This document shows, piece by piece, positions 38,495 through 48,188 of a DNA stretch of 64,000 bases (position 1 is the stretch's first letter; each line of letters opens with the position of its first letter). Under the pieces are notes generated by a model that made no database searches, was not told where the DNA came from, and was given only the letters and a program-made list of their open reading frames with translations. The translations under genes were made by a program, and so were the position numbers. This DNA comes from Bdellovibrionota bacterium. Its GTDB lineage: Bacteria > Bdellovibrionota_G > JALEGL01 > DATDPG01. Location of the stretch: assembly GCA_963668355.1 (NCBI GenBank), contig OY764265.1, positions 544,001 to 608,000 of the forward strand. The letters are read 5' to 3'.

Positions 38495-39919
38495 TTATTT
38501 TCGATAATCTTCTGCGTTGATTCCGTATTTTTCAATTTTTCGGAGCAACGTCTTTTTAGACATTTTAGTCTGTTGGCTGGTTTGATTGATGCGGCCATGA
38601 AACTTGCGCAAAGCTCGAATGATGAATTCTTTTTCCATTTGCTCTTTGAACTGGGGGTAATCCAAATCATCATCGTCCAAACCATCCACATCTGCGTCTA
38701 CACGATCCGGTTCGGTTCTGGCAAGAGGCGGTTGAGAGTCCTCCCCCTCTCCTGTCATGGGACGGATGGAGTCCGGCAGGGAATGTTCGGAAATGACCTG
38801 AGAGCCCTCTAGAACAAAAGCGTGTTCGATGACATTTTCAAGCTCTCGAATATTTCCAGGCCAGTCGTACTTCTTCATCCACTTCAACGCTTTTTCATCG
38901 ATGCCTTGAATGGATTTTTGATGAGCTTCATTAAATTTTCCCATGAAGTGCCGAACCAAGGTTTCTAAATCTTCTTTCCGTTCCCTGAGCGGAGGAAGAA
39001 ATATCGGCAACACACTCAGTCGGTAAAAGAGATCCTCCCGAAAAACCCCTTTTTGCATCATCTCTTCGAGATTCCGATTCGTTGCCGCAATGATCCGCAC
39101 ATTGGATTCAACTTCATGATTGGATCCCACCGGCATGAATTTCTTCTCTTGCAATACCCGCAATAACTTCACTTGCATGGACGGCGAAATGTCTCCAACT
39201 TCATCCAAGAAAAGAGTCCCACCGTCGGCATATTGGAATTTGCCAATTTTTCGTTGGTCGGCTCCGGTAAACGCGCCTTTCTCATGTCCAAATAATTCAC
39301 TTTCAATGAGATTTTCGGGAACGGCGCTGAGATTCACCGCAACAAATCGTCCCTCTTTTCGTAAACTGTTGTAGTGAATGGCACGAGCCACAACTTCTTT
39401 TCCGGTTCCACTTTCCCCGCGAAGCAAGACATGGGTGTCAACCGTCGCCAGTTTTTCGACCAACGAAAACACCTTATTCATCTCGCCACTTTGACTCGAG
39501 AGTTCTGCGCCACCTTGGTCTCTTAATTCCGGTGCCGAATAAGAAAGTTGTTTGACCATGTCATGGGCTTCCAAGGCCCGACTCAACATCTTTCGAATGT
39601 CCGCACGTCGAACGGGCTTGGCGACATAGTTGTAGGCGCCCTCACGAACGGCCGCGACAGCATCTGGAACCGTGGAATAAGCAGTCAAAATGAGAACAAC
39701 GATGCGGGGGTCATGTTTTTTGATCGCACGTAGGGTCTCCATCCCCCCCATTCGAGGCATATCCATATCCAAAAGCACCAGGTCGGTGGGACTCATCTGG
39801 ACATGCTCCATGGCTTCAACGCCATCTGCAGCTTCGTCCACATGAAAATCATCGGCGAGAGCGGCTCTCAAAGACTGCCTGAGTTCGGCATCGTCATCGA
39901 CTATGAGGATATGGTTCAA
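38495..39919 (-). CDS. sigma54-dependent NtrC-family response regulator (REC-AAA+-HTH)
   Basis: ILIVDDD, GESGTGKE, ESELFGHEKGAFTGA, LFLDEVG, WPGNIRELEN, Fis-type HTH; TTG start after GGAGG (ORF track starts at 39937). Confidence 0.95.
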   Translation of the reverse strand: MNHILIVDDDAELRQSLRAALADDFHVDEAADGVEAMEHVQMSPTDLVLLDMDMPRMGGMETLRAIKKHDPRIVVLILTAYSTVPDAVAAVREGAYNYVAKPVRRADIRKMLSRALEAHDMVKQLSYSAPELRDQGGAELSSQSGEMNKVFSLVEKLATVDTHVLLRGESGTGKEVVARAIHYNSLRKEGRFVAVNLSAVPENLIESELFGHEKGAFTGADQRKIGKFQYADGGTLFLDEVGDISPSMQVKLLRVLQEKKFMPVGSNHEVESNVRIIAATNRNLEEMMQKGVFREDLFYRLSVLPIFLPPLRERKEDLETLVRHFMGKFNEAHQKSIQGIDEKALKWMKKYDWPGNIRELENVIEHAFVLEGSQVISEHSLPDSIRPMTGEGEDSQPPLARTEPDRVDADVDGLDDDDLDYPQFKEQMEKEFIIRALRKFHGRINQTSQQTKMSKKTLLRKIEKYGINAEDYRK

Positions 39920-39973
39920 ACTTACCTCCGGACGCATAATATAACGCGACGCGCTATTTGGTCAAGGCTCGGT

Positions 39974-40030
39974 TTCGGTAAAGTTTAAGTTTACCGAAGC
40001 TTGCTTTGTTTCCAAACTGAGTGCTAAAAT
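39974..40030 (+). promoter_or_regulatory. Inverted repeat plus putative sigma70 promoter for khpA
   Basis: TTCGGTAAA-N7-TTTACCGAA (39974-39998); TTGCTT-N18-TAAAAT with TG extension. Confidence 0.5.
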
Positions 40031-40091
40031 TCCCTAGCAAAAAAAATCTCTAAATTCAAAGATTTGCGGACTGTAGAAGCGTGGTGACTCA

Positions 40092-40322
40092 ATGAAAGAG
40101 CTCGTCGAGTTAGTGGCGAAAGCACTTGTGGATAAACCTGAGGATGTACATGTAGAAGAAGCCTCTGGCTCGTATACGTGTGTCATCAAGCTCCGGGTGG
40201 CTAAAGAAGACATCGGTAAAGTCATTGGCAAAAAAGGCTCCAACGCCAATGCCATTCGAACCATTTTGGATGCTGCTGGAGGAAAGCAAAACAAACGCTA
40301 CGTCCTCGAAATTTTGGAATGA
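40092..40322 (+). CDS. khpA: KH-domain RNA-binding protein KhpA (YlqC)
   Basis: [27 protein letters not shown]...AIRTIL. Confidence 0.93.
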   Translation: MKELVELVAKALVDKPEDVHVEEASGSYTCVIKLRVAKEDIGKVIGKKGSNANAIRTILDAAGGKQNKRYVLEILE

Positions 40323-40402
40323 CGTTTGTCCTCTGTGACATCGTTTTCGCATTTGGCACTCCTCTGCTCACATTAACCACTTGAAATTACAAGGCTTTCT
40401 CT

Positions 40403-40417
40403 AGGCATATTCTTTGC
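40403..40417 (+). promoter_or_regulatory. sigma54 -24/-12 promoter with an IHF-like site (40374-40386)
   Basis: AGGCATA-TTCT-TTGC (GG-N10-GC); minus-strand TTTCAAgtggTTA upstream. Confidence 0.6.
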
Positions 40418-40435
40418 CTATATGGATGTTGGCGT

Positions 40436-41566
40436 ATGAAAATCGGTAAAAAACATCTCCGAACTTCCATTCTGAGACTCCTCATTTTCATGGGGTTGGT
40501 GGGGCTTGCTTCGGCCTGTAAAAAATCGAATGTACGCGTGTATCCAGAATCCGGTTCGAGCGACGTTCCAGTGAACTCGGCCATTATGCTCATCTACGAT
40601 GGGCATGACTACATCGACGAGAAATTCATCAAAAAGGAAAACTACAAACTCACCGATTGTACCCATACCGCCTCCCCTTCCGAAAATTCCCAATCCTCGA
40701 AAAATGAAGATTCGGAGAAGGAGGGTGAAGAGGAAAAGCCCACAGAGCAACAAGACTCCAGTGAGGAAATCGTAGAATTTGAGATCCTCCCCGTGATTCA
40801 TGGTCAAGCATTCGACCGAACCTTGGATGGCGACCAAAAAGAAAAAATTCGTCCTACGGCGGTCATTTTAGTGCCAAAAGTAGATGAAACCAAAACCACA
40901 CCTCTCGAAATAGAAACACGATATTGCGTGGCCTACGACACCATCGAAACGAAAGATGAAACCTTCCGCGGCAAAAAAATCTCCTTTACGACAGAAGAGG
41001 AAACCGATTTTGAATTTTCTACGACTGCAACGCCTGTTTGGGGTCACTATCGGGAACTTGAGCACGAAGGGGAAAATTCTCGTTTATCTTCCGAAGATGC
41101 GATTGTCTTAAAGTTTGATCGACCGATCTTCCCTGGAGATTTGGAAGACCAGACACTCGCGTGCAAGAAGCCACTGGAAACCCCTCAGGCCGAGACGGGG
41201 TGTGGCGAATACGGAATGATTTCCGCGTCTCATTCTTTGATCCAATTTGAAAACTTTGAAATCAATCAGGAGAGAAAATTTCCGCTCATGACCTATGACA
41301 CCTACGGAGTCATCGGTTCTCCTTCTTGGGACTCAGGGGATGGCGAAACCGTAGGGCCCGAACACTTACTTCGCATTCAGCAAACGGGTCGTCAGGATCT
41401 ACTCGCACGTTTAAATAACGATAGTTCCTCCGAAGTTTCTCGGGGTTTATTCCGATTTCAAACCAGCACGCAAAATGCTCAGAACAGCACGTACACCGTC
41501 CTTGAAGTCTTGGGGAACCAAGGAATGATCCCCTTTTGGGTTACCCAATCTCCAAAAACGAAGTAA
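40436..41566 (+). CDS. Hypothetical lipoprotein with Ig-like (Big_5/SbsA-like) segments
   Basis: Lipobox ASAC; VYPESGSSDVPVNSAI, SFTTE, IVLKFDRPI. Confidence 0.7.
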   Translation: MKIGKKHLRTSILRLLIFMGLVGLASACKKSNVRVYPESGSSDVPVNSAIMLIYDGHDYIDEKFIKKENYKLTDCTHTASPSENSQSSKNEDSEKEGEEEKPTEQQDSSEEIVEFEILPVIHGQAFDRTLDGDQKEKIRPTAVILVPKVDETKTTPLEIETRYCVAYDTIETKDETFRGKKISFTTEEETDFEFSTTATPVWGHYRELEHEGENSRLSSEDAIVLKFDRPIFPGDLEDQTLACKKPLETPQAETGCGEYGMISASHSLIQFENFEINQERKFPLMTYDTYGVIGSPSWDSGDGETVGPEHLLRIQQTGRQDLLARLNNDSSSEVSRGLFRFQTSTQNAQNSTYTVLEVLGNQGMIPFWVTQSPKTK

Positions 41567-41583
41567 CATCTTCTCATCAAACC

Positions 41584-42849
41584 GTGAGAAACCAACTCAT
41601 CACACTTTTGACTCTTTCTTTGGGATTCGTCGCCTCGATTGCGAACGCAACCCCCAACTCTCCCTATCCCTTTCATACGGGAACGAAATGGGTGTACGCC
41701 ACCAGTGAAGGTCCAGACGTCACCCTTTTGGTTGAAGGCAGGTCGCCCCTGCGCGTGAACGACATTGAATTGGAGGGGAGCCTGGTTCGGCGTTCGGATG
41801 GCTCGGACCGAATCGTTTTTCGCTCGAAGCATCAATGGTTTGAGTGTGGATCTCTTCGGGCCCTACAAGCTCCAGCAACCTGTCATCAACCCCTTCAGTT
41901 TTTTCAATGGCCTCTTGAGGTTGGATCGACCTGGAGTGGAGGAAACATGGATTTTGTGGTGATGGCCAAGGAGTCCGTGACGGTTCCTTTTGGAACCTTC
42001 CCCGAGAGTTGGAAAGTGGCCTACATGCCCAGAGGTGGAAAAGATCCCATGGGAGAAATGTGGATTGTGGAAGGCATTGGGCGCGTTCGCATTCTCGAAC
42101 GAGAAGTCAGCTTTGATCTCCTGGAATTTGAACGTGGCCAAGGAACTCCGTTAACGGTTCTCTCCAAGCAGTCTCTCGATCTGATTGAACGGGGTTATCC
42201 AAGGAAAGACCCGAGCCGCACGGCATGGACAAAGCTGAAAAATCTTTTGTCCACACTGCAAAAACCCTGGCTCCTGGTTTTTATGACTCTTTTGATTGCC
42301 ATTGCGTCCATGATTTACCTTGGATTGGGGTTGAGAAAGGCCATTGAGAGCCGCGTGATTGAAGAAGACTTTTCTTCCACACCCGATCCTCAAGAGGAAG
42401 CAAAGCTCCTGGCCAGTGTGGCTCGAAGCGGAAACTTTCAAAAGGCCCGCAAACATTTCGAGTCTTTGATTGAGGAGAACCCCACCTATCCCGATTTGCG
42501 GTTTCAGCTAGGACTCATGTTGCGAGCCGAAGGAAAATTGGACGAAGCCCGAAAGCAATTTGAACAAGCCCTCCAGATCAATGGGCAGTACATTGAAGCC
42601 CGCCTTGCCTTGGCTCATTTACTTCTGGGAATCGGTGACCATGAGCAAGCTGTAAAAGAATTCGACGAAGTCTTGATGGCTCAACCGGAATATGCCGACG
42701 CTCACGTCGGGAGAGGAAAGGCACTGCTTCATCTCGCAAAAATCTCCGACGCCATTTTGGCTTTCGAGCGGGCCTTGGAAATCAATCCTCAATTGAATGC
42801 GGCTCAACAGTTTTTGGCTCAATGCCGAAAAAACGCTCAAAATTCATAA
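41584..42849 (+). CDS. Membrane protein: signal peptide, beta-rich domain, TM helix, C-terminal TPRs
   Basis: GTG start MRNQLITLLTLSLGFVASIANA; YPFHTGTKWVY, VTVPFGTF; TM WLLVFMTLLIAIASMIYLGL; TPRs such as YPDLRFQLG and YADAHVGRG. Confidence 0.8.
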   Translation: MRNQLITLLTLSLGFVASIANATPNSPYPFHTGTKWVYATSEGPDVTLLVEGRSPLRVNDIELEGSLVRRSDGSDRIVFRSKHQWFECGSLRALQAPATCHQPLQFFQWPLEVGSTWSGGNMDFVVMAKESVTVPFGTFPESWKVAYMPRGGKDPMGEMWIVEGIGRVRILEREVSFDLLEFERGQGTPLTVLSKQSLDLIERGYPRKDPSRTAWTKLKNLLSTLQKPWLLVFMTLLIAIASMIYLGLGLRKAIESRVIEEDFSSTPDPQEEAKLLASVARSGNFQKARKHFESLIEENPTYPDLRFQLGLMLRAEGKLDEARKQFEQALQINGQYIEARLALAHLLLGIGDHEQAVKEFDEVLMAQPEYADAHVGRGKALLHLAKISDAILAFERALEINPQLNAAQQFLAQCRKNAQNS

Positions 42850-42930
42850 ACTTAACCTCTTCTCTTTCCCCGCAAAAAAACTTTTTCGTTTGATTTAAGA
42901 GGGTTAGCTTTTACCAAAAAGACTCGAACC

Positions 42931-42945
42931 TGGCACAAGGGTTGC
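42931..42945 (+). promoter_or_regulatory. sigma54 -24/-12 promoter
   Basis: TGGCACA-AGGG-TTGC, near consensus. Confidence 0.8.
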
Positions 42946-42962
42946 GTTATACTTCCCTGTAC

Positions 42963-43553
42963 ATGAAGTCATCAAAGACATTGGGGTTTTGGATCTTAGT
43001 TCTCGGATGGGGGTTTTTGATCCCTTCGGTGGCCTGGGCTTCGATGTATCAAATGCCACAATCGGCAAATACAACCAGCAGTAGCAATCTGGGGATCAAT
43101 CGGTCCACGCTCAATTCTTCATTCACCACCAGCACAGGGACCTTAAGCACGGTAGATCCGACGTACTTCAACAATTACACAAACGGCCTAACCCCCAACG
43201 CATCGACGCATCTTCAATTCCAACAACGACCCAATCTTACGCTTTCGGCGGGGGCATTTTTGTTTGAGTTGTTTACGGGAAGTGGGAGCCTTTCTTTTAC
43301 GGAGAAGCTCTTCAATTTCATTGGAGAAAACATTTTTGGTCCCATCAAATCATCGCTGAACGTAAGTACAGGGAGTCTCTCCGGCATTAACAACGCGGCT
43401 TCGGCTACAGCGGCGGTCCAGAATCCGTATCAAAACCTCATTTGCACTACGGGGGACTGTAATCCGTTCTCGAACTTCAATCAGGGAAACTCTACCCAGG
43501 ATGTTTTCAATTATCTCGGGGGCCAGACCCAAACCAATAATCAAACTCGATAG
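42963..43553 (+). CDS. Exported low-complexity Ser/Thr/Asn/Gln-rich protein
   Basis: Signal peptide ending VAWA; very few charged residues. Confidence 0.7.
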   Translation: MKSSKTLGFWILVLGWGFLIPSVAWASMYQMPQSANTTSSSNLGINRSTLNSSFTTSTGTLSTVDPTYFNNYTNGLTPNASTHLQFQQRPNLTLSAGAFLFELFTGSGSLSFTEKLFNFIGENIFGPIKSSLNVSTGSLSGINNAASATAAVQNPYQNLICTTGDCNPFSNFNQGNSTQDVFNYLGGQTQTNNQTR

Positions 43554-43601
43554 GTGTTTCAACGCTTGATTTTTACTTCGGTCCCTGCAAAGAATAGGGA
43601 C

Positions 43602-43997
43602 ATGCGGAAAATCATCTTTTCAGTTCTGGCTTTATTTCTGATCACCGCTTGCGCCAAAAATCGGGTGGAGCAATTAACCAATCGAGCCGATGCCTATAAT
43701 CGAAGTTTGCGATGGTCGAGTTTGACGGCTGCATCCGCATTGATTGCGGATGAATCTCGAGGAAAAATGATAGATAAGCTTAGCAAGCTCATGAAATCAT
43801 CCCGCATTGTTGACTATTCCATTGTTGATTTGGGCCTCGACTCAGAAAAACTTCATGGATCTGTCGTGGTCGAATTTAGCTTTTACAATAACATCGATCA
43901 GAGCATGCGATATCGCCAAGAAATCCAGTCGTGGGAATTCGACAAGAAACAGGGCAAGTGGTTCATCAAAAAAGCTCGAACGACAGCCATCGAGTAG
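43602..43997 (+). CDS. Hypothetical lipoprotein
   Basis: MRKIIFSVLALFLITAC lipobox; YNRSLRW. Confidence 0.75.
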   Translation: MRKIIFSVLALFLITACAKNRVEQLTNRADAYNRSLRWSSLTAASALIADESRGKMIDKLSKLMKSSRIVDYSIVDLGLDSEKLHGSVVVEFSFYNNIDQSMRYRQEIQSWEFDKKQGKWFIKKARTTAIE

Positions 43998-44060
43998 ACT
44001 CATAAAACGTCTTCTAAATGGACGTCTACCGGTTAGCGATCACCGGCTGCCACACCCTAT

Positions 44061-44486
44061 TTAAAAAGGAATGTCGTCGTCGGAGCCCGGTCCAGACATA
44101 TCTGGAGGAGGAGGCAAGTCGGGGGGCATATCTTTTCCGGTACCCGCACCATCTCGAGAGCCTAAGAATTGAATATTATTGGCTACGACCTCTGTTGTGT
44201 ATCTCTTATTTCCATCCTTGTCGTCCCAACTTCGGGTCTGAAGACGACCTTCTACATAGATTTGACGGCCCTTAGTGAGGTATTGCCCCGCCAATTCGGC
44301 AAGCTTTGACCAAACCACCACGCGATGCCATTCGGTCCGTTCTTCTTTTTGACCGTCTTTCCCTTTCCAAGACTCGCTGGTAGCTAGACGCAAGTTGGCC
44401 ACAGGAACGCCATTGCCGGTATAACGCATTTCGGGATCGGCTCCCAAATGTCCAACTAAAATCACCTTATTTACGCCACCAGCCAT
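44061..44486 (-). CDS. ssb: Single-stranded DNA-binding protein
   Basis: [34 protein letters not shown]-terminal DDDIPF. Confidence 0.97.
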   Translation of the reverse strand: MAGGVNKVILVGHLGADPEMRYTGNGVPVANLRLATSESWKGKDGQKEERTEWHRVVVWSKLAELAGQYLTKGRQIYVEGRLQTRSWDDKDGNKRYTTEVVANNIQFLGSRDGAGTGKDMPPDLPPPPDMSGPGSDDDIPF

Positions 44487-44631
44487 AAAACGCCTGCCTT
44501 TCCGTTTGAATGAAAACTGTGTTCTTCGTACGTTTCACCCATGCACTTGTCAAGATCGGGTAATCTCGCAACCGTAATCCTTCTGAATAATTGGCCATCT
44601 TCCGGAGTCCCGGTAAGCTTTGTAACCTGGA

Positions 44632-47055
44632 ATGCAGGCATTCATCAAAAACGTAACCGAATTCATCCATACACACACATGGGTGAATCAATTGCTCCAA
44701 TTGCTTCTTCTGATTGGAGTGGGATTTGCCATCTATTTTTTCTTCGTCGGAAAAAGGCTTAAGAAACTTCAAAACATCTTTCCCTTTCTTCAATCTTGGG
44801 TCGGAGATTCAGAAATTCGCCATTTAACGAAGGTTGGAGAATTTGCTAAAGCGGGAGACTTACTCATCGAAAAAGAGCAATTCGAAGAGGCCGCCATGGT
44901 CTTTGAACGAGGAAGATTGTTCGGACGCGCAGCAGACATTTACCTCCGCTTGGAGTTGCCCATGAAGGCCATTCAATATTATGAGAAGGCCGGAGAACAT
45001 GAGAAGGCCGCACAGCTGTGCTTGGATTTAAAACATTTTGATCGAGCGGAAAGAAACTTTGAGCAAGCCAACTTACTCCCCAAAATTGGAGATATTTATC
45101 TTTCGCGCGGTCTAAAAGAACTCGCGATCAACGCTTTTCAAAAAAACGGGCAAATCTCCAAAGCCGCGCAGGTCTTGGGGGAGTTGGGAAGATGGGAAGA
45201 AACCGGAAAGCTACTTCTAAAAACCGCCGAACAAGCCCGAAAAGAAACCTTGGCCATGCCCAATGAAACCACCGCCCCAGAAGTTCTAAGACAATTGAAA
45301 AAAGCGGCCCAAGCTTACGCCAAAGCTCAACACTTTGCGAAAGCGGCGCAGGTATTCGTTGAAGCCAAGGAGCTCAAACTGGCGGCCGATGCATTTATTC
45401 AAAGCGGAAACCGGAAGAAGGCCGCCGAAATCTTCCAAGAACTCGGAGAGCTCGAAAGAGCTGCTAGCCTTCTTGCCCAAGACGGAGATCCCGTTGCAGC
45501 CCTTCGTCTGGAAGGAGAGCAACTCCTTCAAAATGGGGAGTTGCAAGAAGCCATCGGAAAGTTTCAAAAAGCAGGGGATTTCTTCCGCGCAGGTGACATC
45601 TACCAAGACCTTCAAGAAAGCGAGAAAGCGGCGCTGATGTATGAGAAAGCGAACGAGTTTGCTCTAGCCGCCTCGCTTTATCGCGAAGAAGGACAACTCC
45701 AAAAAGCCGGAGTGATGTACGAAAAGGCTGAACTCTGGGGAGAAGCCATTGATTGCTTTCAAAGAGCCAATCTTCCGGAGCGAGAACTGTTGGCGTGGGA
45801 GAAGAAAGGTGACGGGTATGGTCTTGCCGGGTGCCTTCACCGACAAGGAATGTTAAAGGAAGCGTTGGATGCCCTGGAAAAAATTCCAGAGCAGCATCCA
45901 GATTTTCGATCTGCATTGTCCCTGAAAGGAAAAATATTTTTAGACCAAGGAGATCCCTTCAAAGCCAAAGAGCTCTTTTCCGAGGCCATTGCTGATTTAA
46001 AACAATTGGAAAGCAGTGATCTAGATACGATTTACAATCTCGCTGTCGCGTCTGAAAAGGCTGATGGCGACACCTCAGCCGTCGAAATCTTAGAGAGAAT
46101 GTTAGCGGAGGGAATGGTCGAAAACTCTGCCATTGAAAAAGCAAAGAATGTACGAAAGATCTTATCCGACCGAGCTTTCACACGGCTATCGCATCTAAAA
46201 GATTCTACTTCCGGGAGTGATGTGTTTGCCAAAAGTGAGGAAGCCATCACACAAGAAGCAACCGCTCCCCAAGTTCAACGCTATCGAAAAATGAACGAGA
46301 TCGGTCGAGGAGGAATGGGAATCGTCTACACGGCCAAGGATTCGACCTTGGATCGTGTTGTGGCCTTGAAAATTCTTTCCTCAGCCCTTCGAAAGAACGA
46401 ACAAGCGGTCAAAACGTTTTTACGAGAGGCGAAGGCGGCAGCGTCATTAAACCATCCTTACATCGTCACAGTTCATGATGCTGGAACCCAACAAGGAGAT
46501 CTCTACATTGCCATGGAGCTGATCGATGGAAAAACCATTAAAGAGATCATCCGATCCAAAGGAAAGCTTTCTTACACTTCGACGTTGGTCATTTTAAAAC
46601 AACTCTTGGAAGCCTTGAATTATGCCCATTCCAGAAATGTTGTGCACAGGGATCTCACGACCAGCAACATCATGTGGACAAAACAGAAGTCCATCAAAAT
46701 CATGGATTTCGGTTTGGCCAAAATCATTACCGAGCTATTGAGCGAGCAATCCATTGTAGGCGGAACCCCTTCGTTCATGTCTCCCGAACAAACGGTTGGG
46801 GATCCCATCGATCACCGGACGGACATTTATTCCTTGGGAATTTGCATTTATGAAATGTGCTTGGGCGTATTACCCTTTACGAAAGGAGATATGGGCTTCC
46901 ATCACATCCATACGCCCCCTCCCATTCCCAAACAAAAAGACCCCAAAATGCCTCAAGCCTTCAACGACATCATTTTAAAGTGCATGGAAAAGAAACCCGA
47001 GAATCGTTTCCAAAAGGTTGAGGAAATTCAGGAAATCATTAAAAACGGGCTATGA
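44632..47055 (+). CDS. Membrane-anchored TPR/alpha-solenoid protein with C-terminal Ser/Thr kinase
   Basis: N-terminal TM; repeated KAAxxYExA helices; IGRGGMGIVY, VALK, HRDLTTSN, DFG, GTPSFMSPEQ, DIYSLG. Confidence 0.9.
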   Translation: MQAFIKNVTEFIHTHTWVNQLLQLLLLIGVGFAIYFFFVGKRLKKLQNIFPFLQSWVGDSEIRHLTKVGEFAKAGDLLIEKEQFEEAAMVFERGRLFGRAADIYLRLELPMKAIQYYEKAGEHEKAAQLCLDLKHFDRAERNFEQANLLPKIGDIYLSRGLKELAINAFQKNGQISKAAQVLGELGRWEETGKLLLKTAEQARKETLAMPNETTAPEVLRQLKKAAQAYAKAQHFAKAAQVFVEAKELKLAADAFIQSGNRKKAAEIFQELGELERAASLLAQDGDPVAALRLEGEQLLQNGELQEAIGKFQKAGDFFRAGDIYQDLQESEKAALMYEKANEFALAASLYREEGQLQKAGVMYEKAELWGEAIDCFQRANLPERELLAWEKKGDGYGLAGCLHRQGMLKEALDALEKIPEQHPDFRSALSLKGKIFLDQGDPFKAKELFSEAIADLKQLESSDLDTIYNLAVASEKADGDTSAVEILERMLAEGMVENSAIEKAKNVRKILSDRAFTRLSHLKDSTSGSDVFAKSEEAITQEATAPQVQRYRKMNEIGRGGMGIVYTAKDSTLDRVVALKILSSALRKNEQAVKTFLREAKAAASLNHPYIVTVHDAGTQQGDLYIAMELIDGKTIKEIIRSKGKLSYTSTLVILKQLLEALNYAHSRNVVHRDLTTSNIMWTKQKSIKIMDFGLAKIITELLSEQSIVGGTPSFMSPEQTVGDPIDHRTDIYSLGICIYEMCLGVLPFTKGDMGFHHIHTPPPIPKQKDPKMPQAFNDIILKCMEKKPENRFQKVEEIQEIIKNGL

Positions 47056-48188
47056 CGCGTCATCCATATGTAAGACCCACCACGGCGCTGGTGGATGCGG
47101 AGGCTTTTCGCAGCAATTGGCGAACGATGAAACAGCGATTACCGAAACACACGGGCATCCTTGCCATTGTAAAAGCCAATGCCTATGGGCATGGCAGCGT
47201 TGAAATGACCAAACTCTGCCACGAAATGGGAGCCGTGGGAGTGGGTGTGGCCGACGTCTCCGAGGCAATTGTCCTAAGAGAATCCGGATATGAGGGAGAG
47301 ATTCTCTGTCTGGGAGCTATCCCCGAGAACGCCTCTTCTGAGGCCCTTCGATACAATCTCATTGTTACGCTCCATGACTTGGAAAATCTGGCCACTTTTG
47401 AACATTTTTCGAATGGCTTCGACCGTCCCATTCGGGTCCACCTAAAAGTCGACACGGGAATGCATCGGTTGGGAATTCCCAAAGCCGAATGGGAATATGC
47501 CGCAAACAAACTTCCTTCCATGGATTACCTAGCAGTGGAGGGCATTTTCACCCATTTGGCTGAATCCGACTCCTCAGACACCGAATTTACTCGAATGCAA
47601 ATTGAAGAATTTGAAGTGGCTGCCCCCCTGTTTGAAAAAAAACTCGGAAAAAAACTCATTCGGCACATTTCCAATAGCGGAGGCGCTTTGGGTCATGACT
47701 CTACTCATTTGGATTGGGTTCGCCCTGGAATCGCCTTGTATGGTTACCCTCCAAAGAAAGACTCGGACTTTAAGCCAGTATTACAGTGGAAAAGCCCCAT
47801 TCTTCAAATCAAAACCATCCAATCTGGAGACAGCGTAGGTTATGGTCGAGCCTTTCGTGCACAAAAGGAAATGACCATTGCAACGGTGGCGGCTGGATAT
47901 GGAGACGGATTTCGAATCGGATACGCTCCGGTGGGAGTCGGTTTTCGTGGACACCGCGTCCCGATCGTGGGAACCATTTGCATGGATTTAATGATGATTG
48001 ATGTCTCTCAGGAATCGAATGTTCAGGTGGGTGAAGAGGTTTTTCTTTTGGGTCCACCCTCCACGGGAGGACCTGATGCACGTGAGCTGGCTACCGCCGA
48101 ACACACCATTCCATACGAAGTGCTGACCAGCATCAGTGCCCGCGTCAGTCGGCAATACACTCGAATGGCCAAGGACGATCCATCGTGA
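47052..48188 (+). CDS. alr: Alanine racemase
   Basis: VKANAYGHG, HLKVDTGMHRLG, VRPGIALYG, GYGDG, VGTICMD, TIPYE. Confidence 0.96.
   Translation: MTRHPYVRPTTALVDAEAFRSNWRTMKQRLPKHTGILAIVKANAYGHGSVEMTKLCHEMGAVGVGVADVSEAIVLRESGYEGEILCLGAIPENASSEALRYNLIVTLHDLENLATFEHFSNGFDRPIRVHLKVDTGMHRLGIPKAEWEYAANKLPSMDYLAVEGIFTHLAESDSSDTEFTRMQIEEFEVAAPLFEKKLGKKLIRHISNSGGALGHDSTHLDWVRPGIALYGYPPKKDSDFKPVLQWKSPILQIKTIQSGDSVGYGRAFRAQKEMTIATVAAGYGDGFRIGYAPVGVGFRGHRVPIVGTICMDLMMIDVSQESNVQVGEEVFLLGPPSTGGPDARELATAEHTIPYEVLTSISARVSRQYTRMAKDDPS

Noticed and set aside
37553..38812. Two ~205-aa plus-strand ORFs
   Set aside because: Antisense shadows of ftsY and the NtrC-like gene with no protein motifs. The same applies to most short overlapping ORFs in the track.
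39930..39960. dif site (GCATAATATA resembles a XerC arm)
   Set aside because: No XerD arm (TTATGTTAAAT). It is better explained as the regulator's promoter/start region.
40354..40367. sigma54 promoter TGGCACTCCTCTGC
   Set aside because: GG-to-GC spacing is 9 nt. The correctly spaced motif is at 40403.
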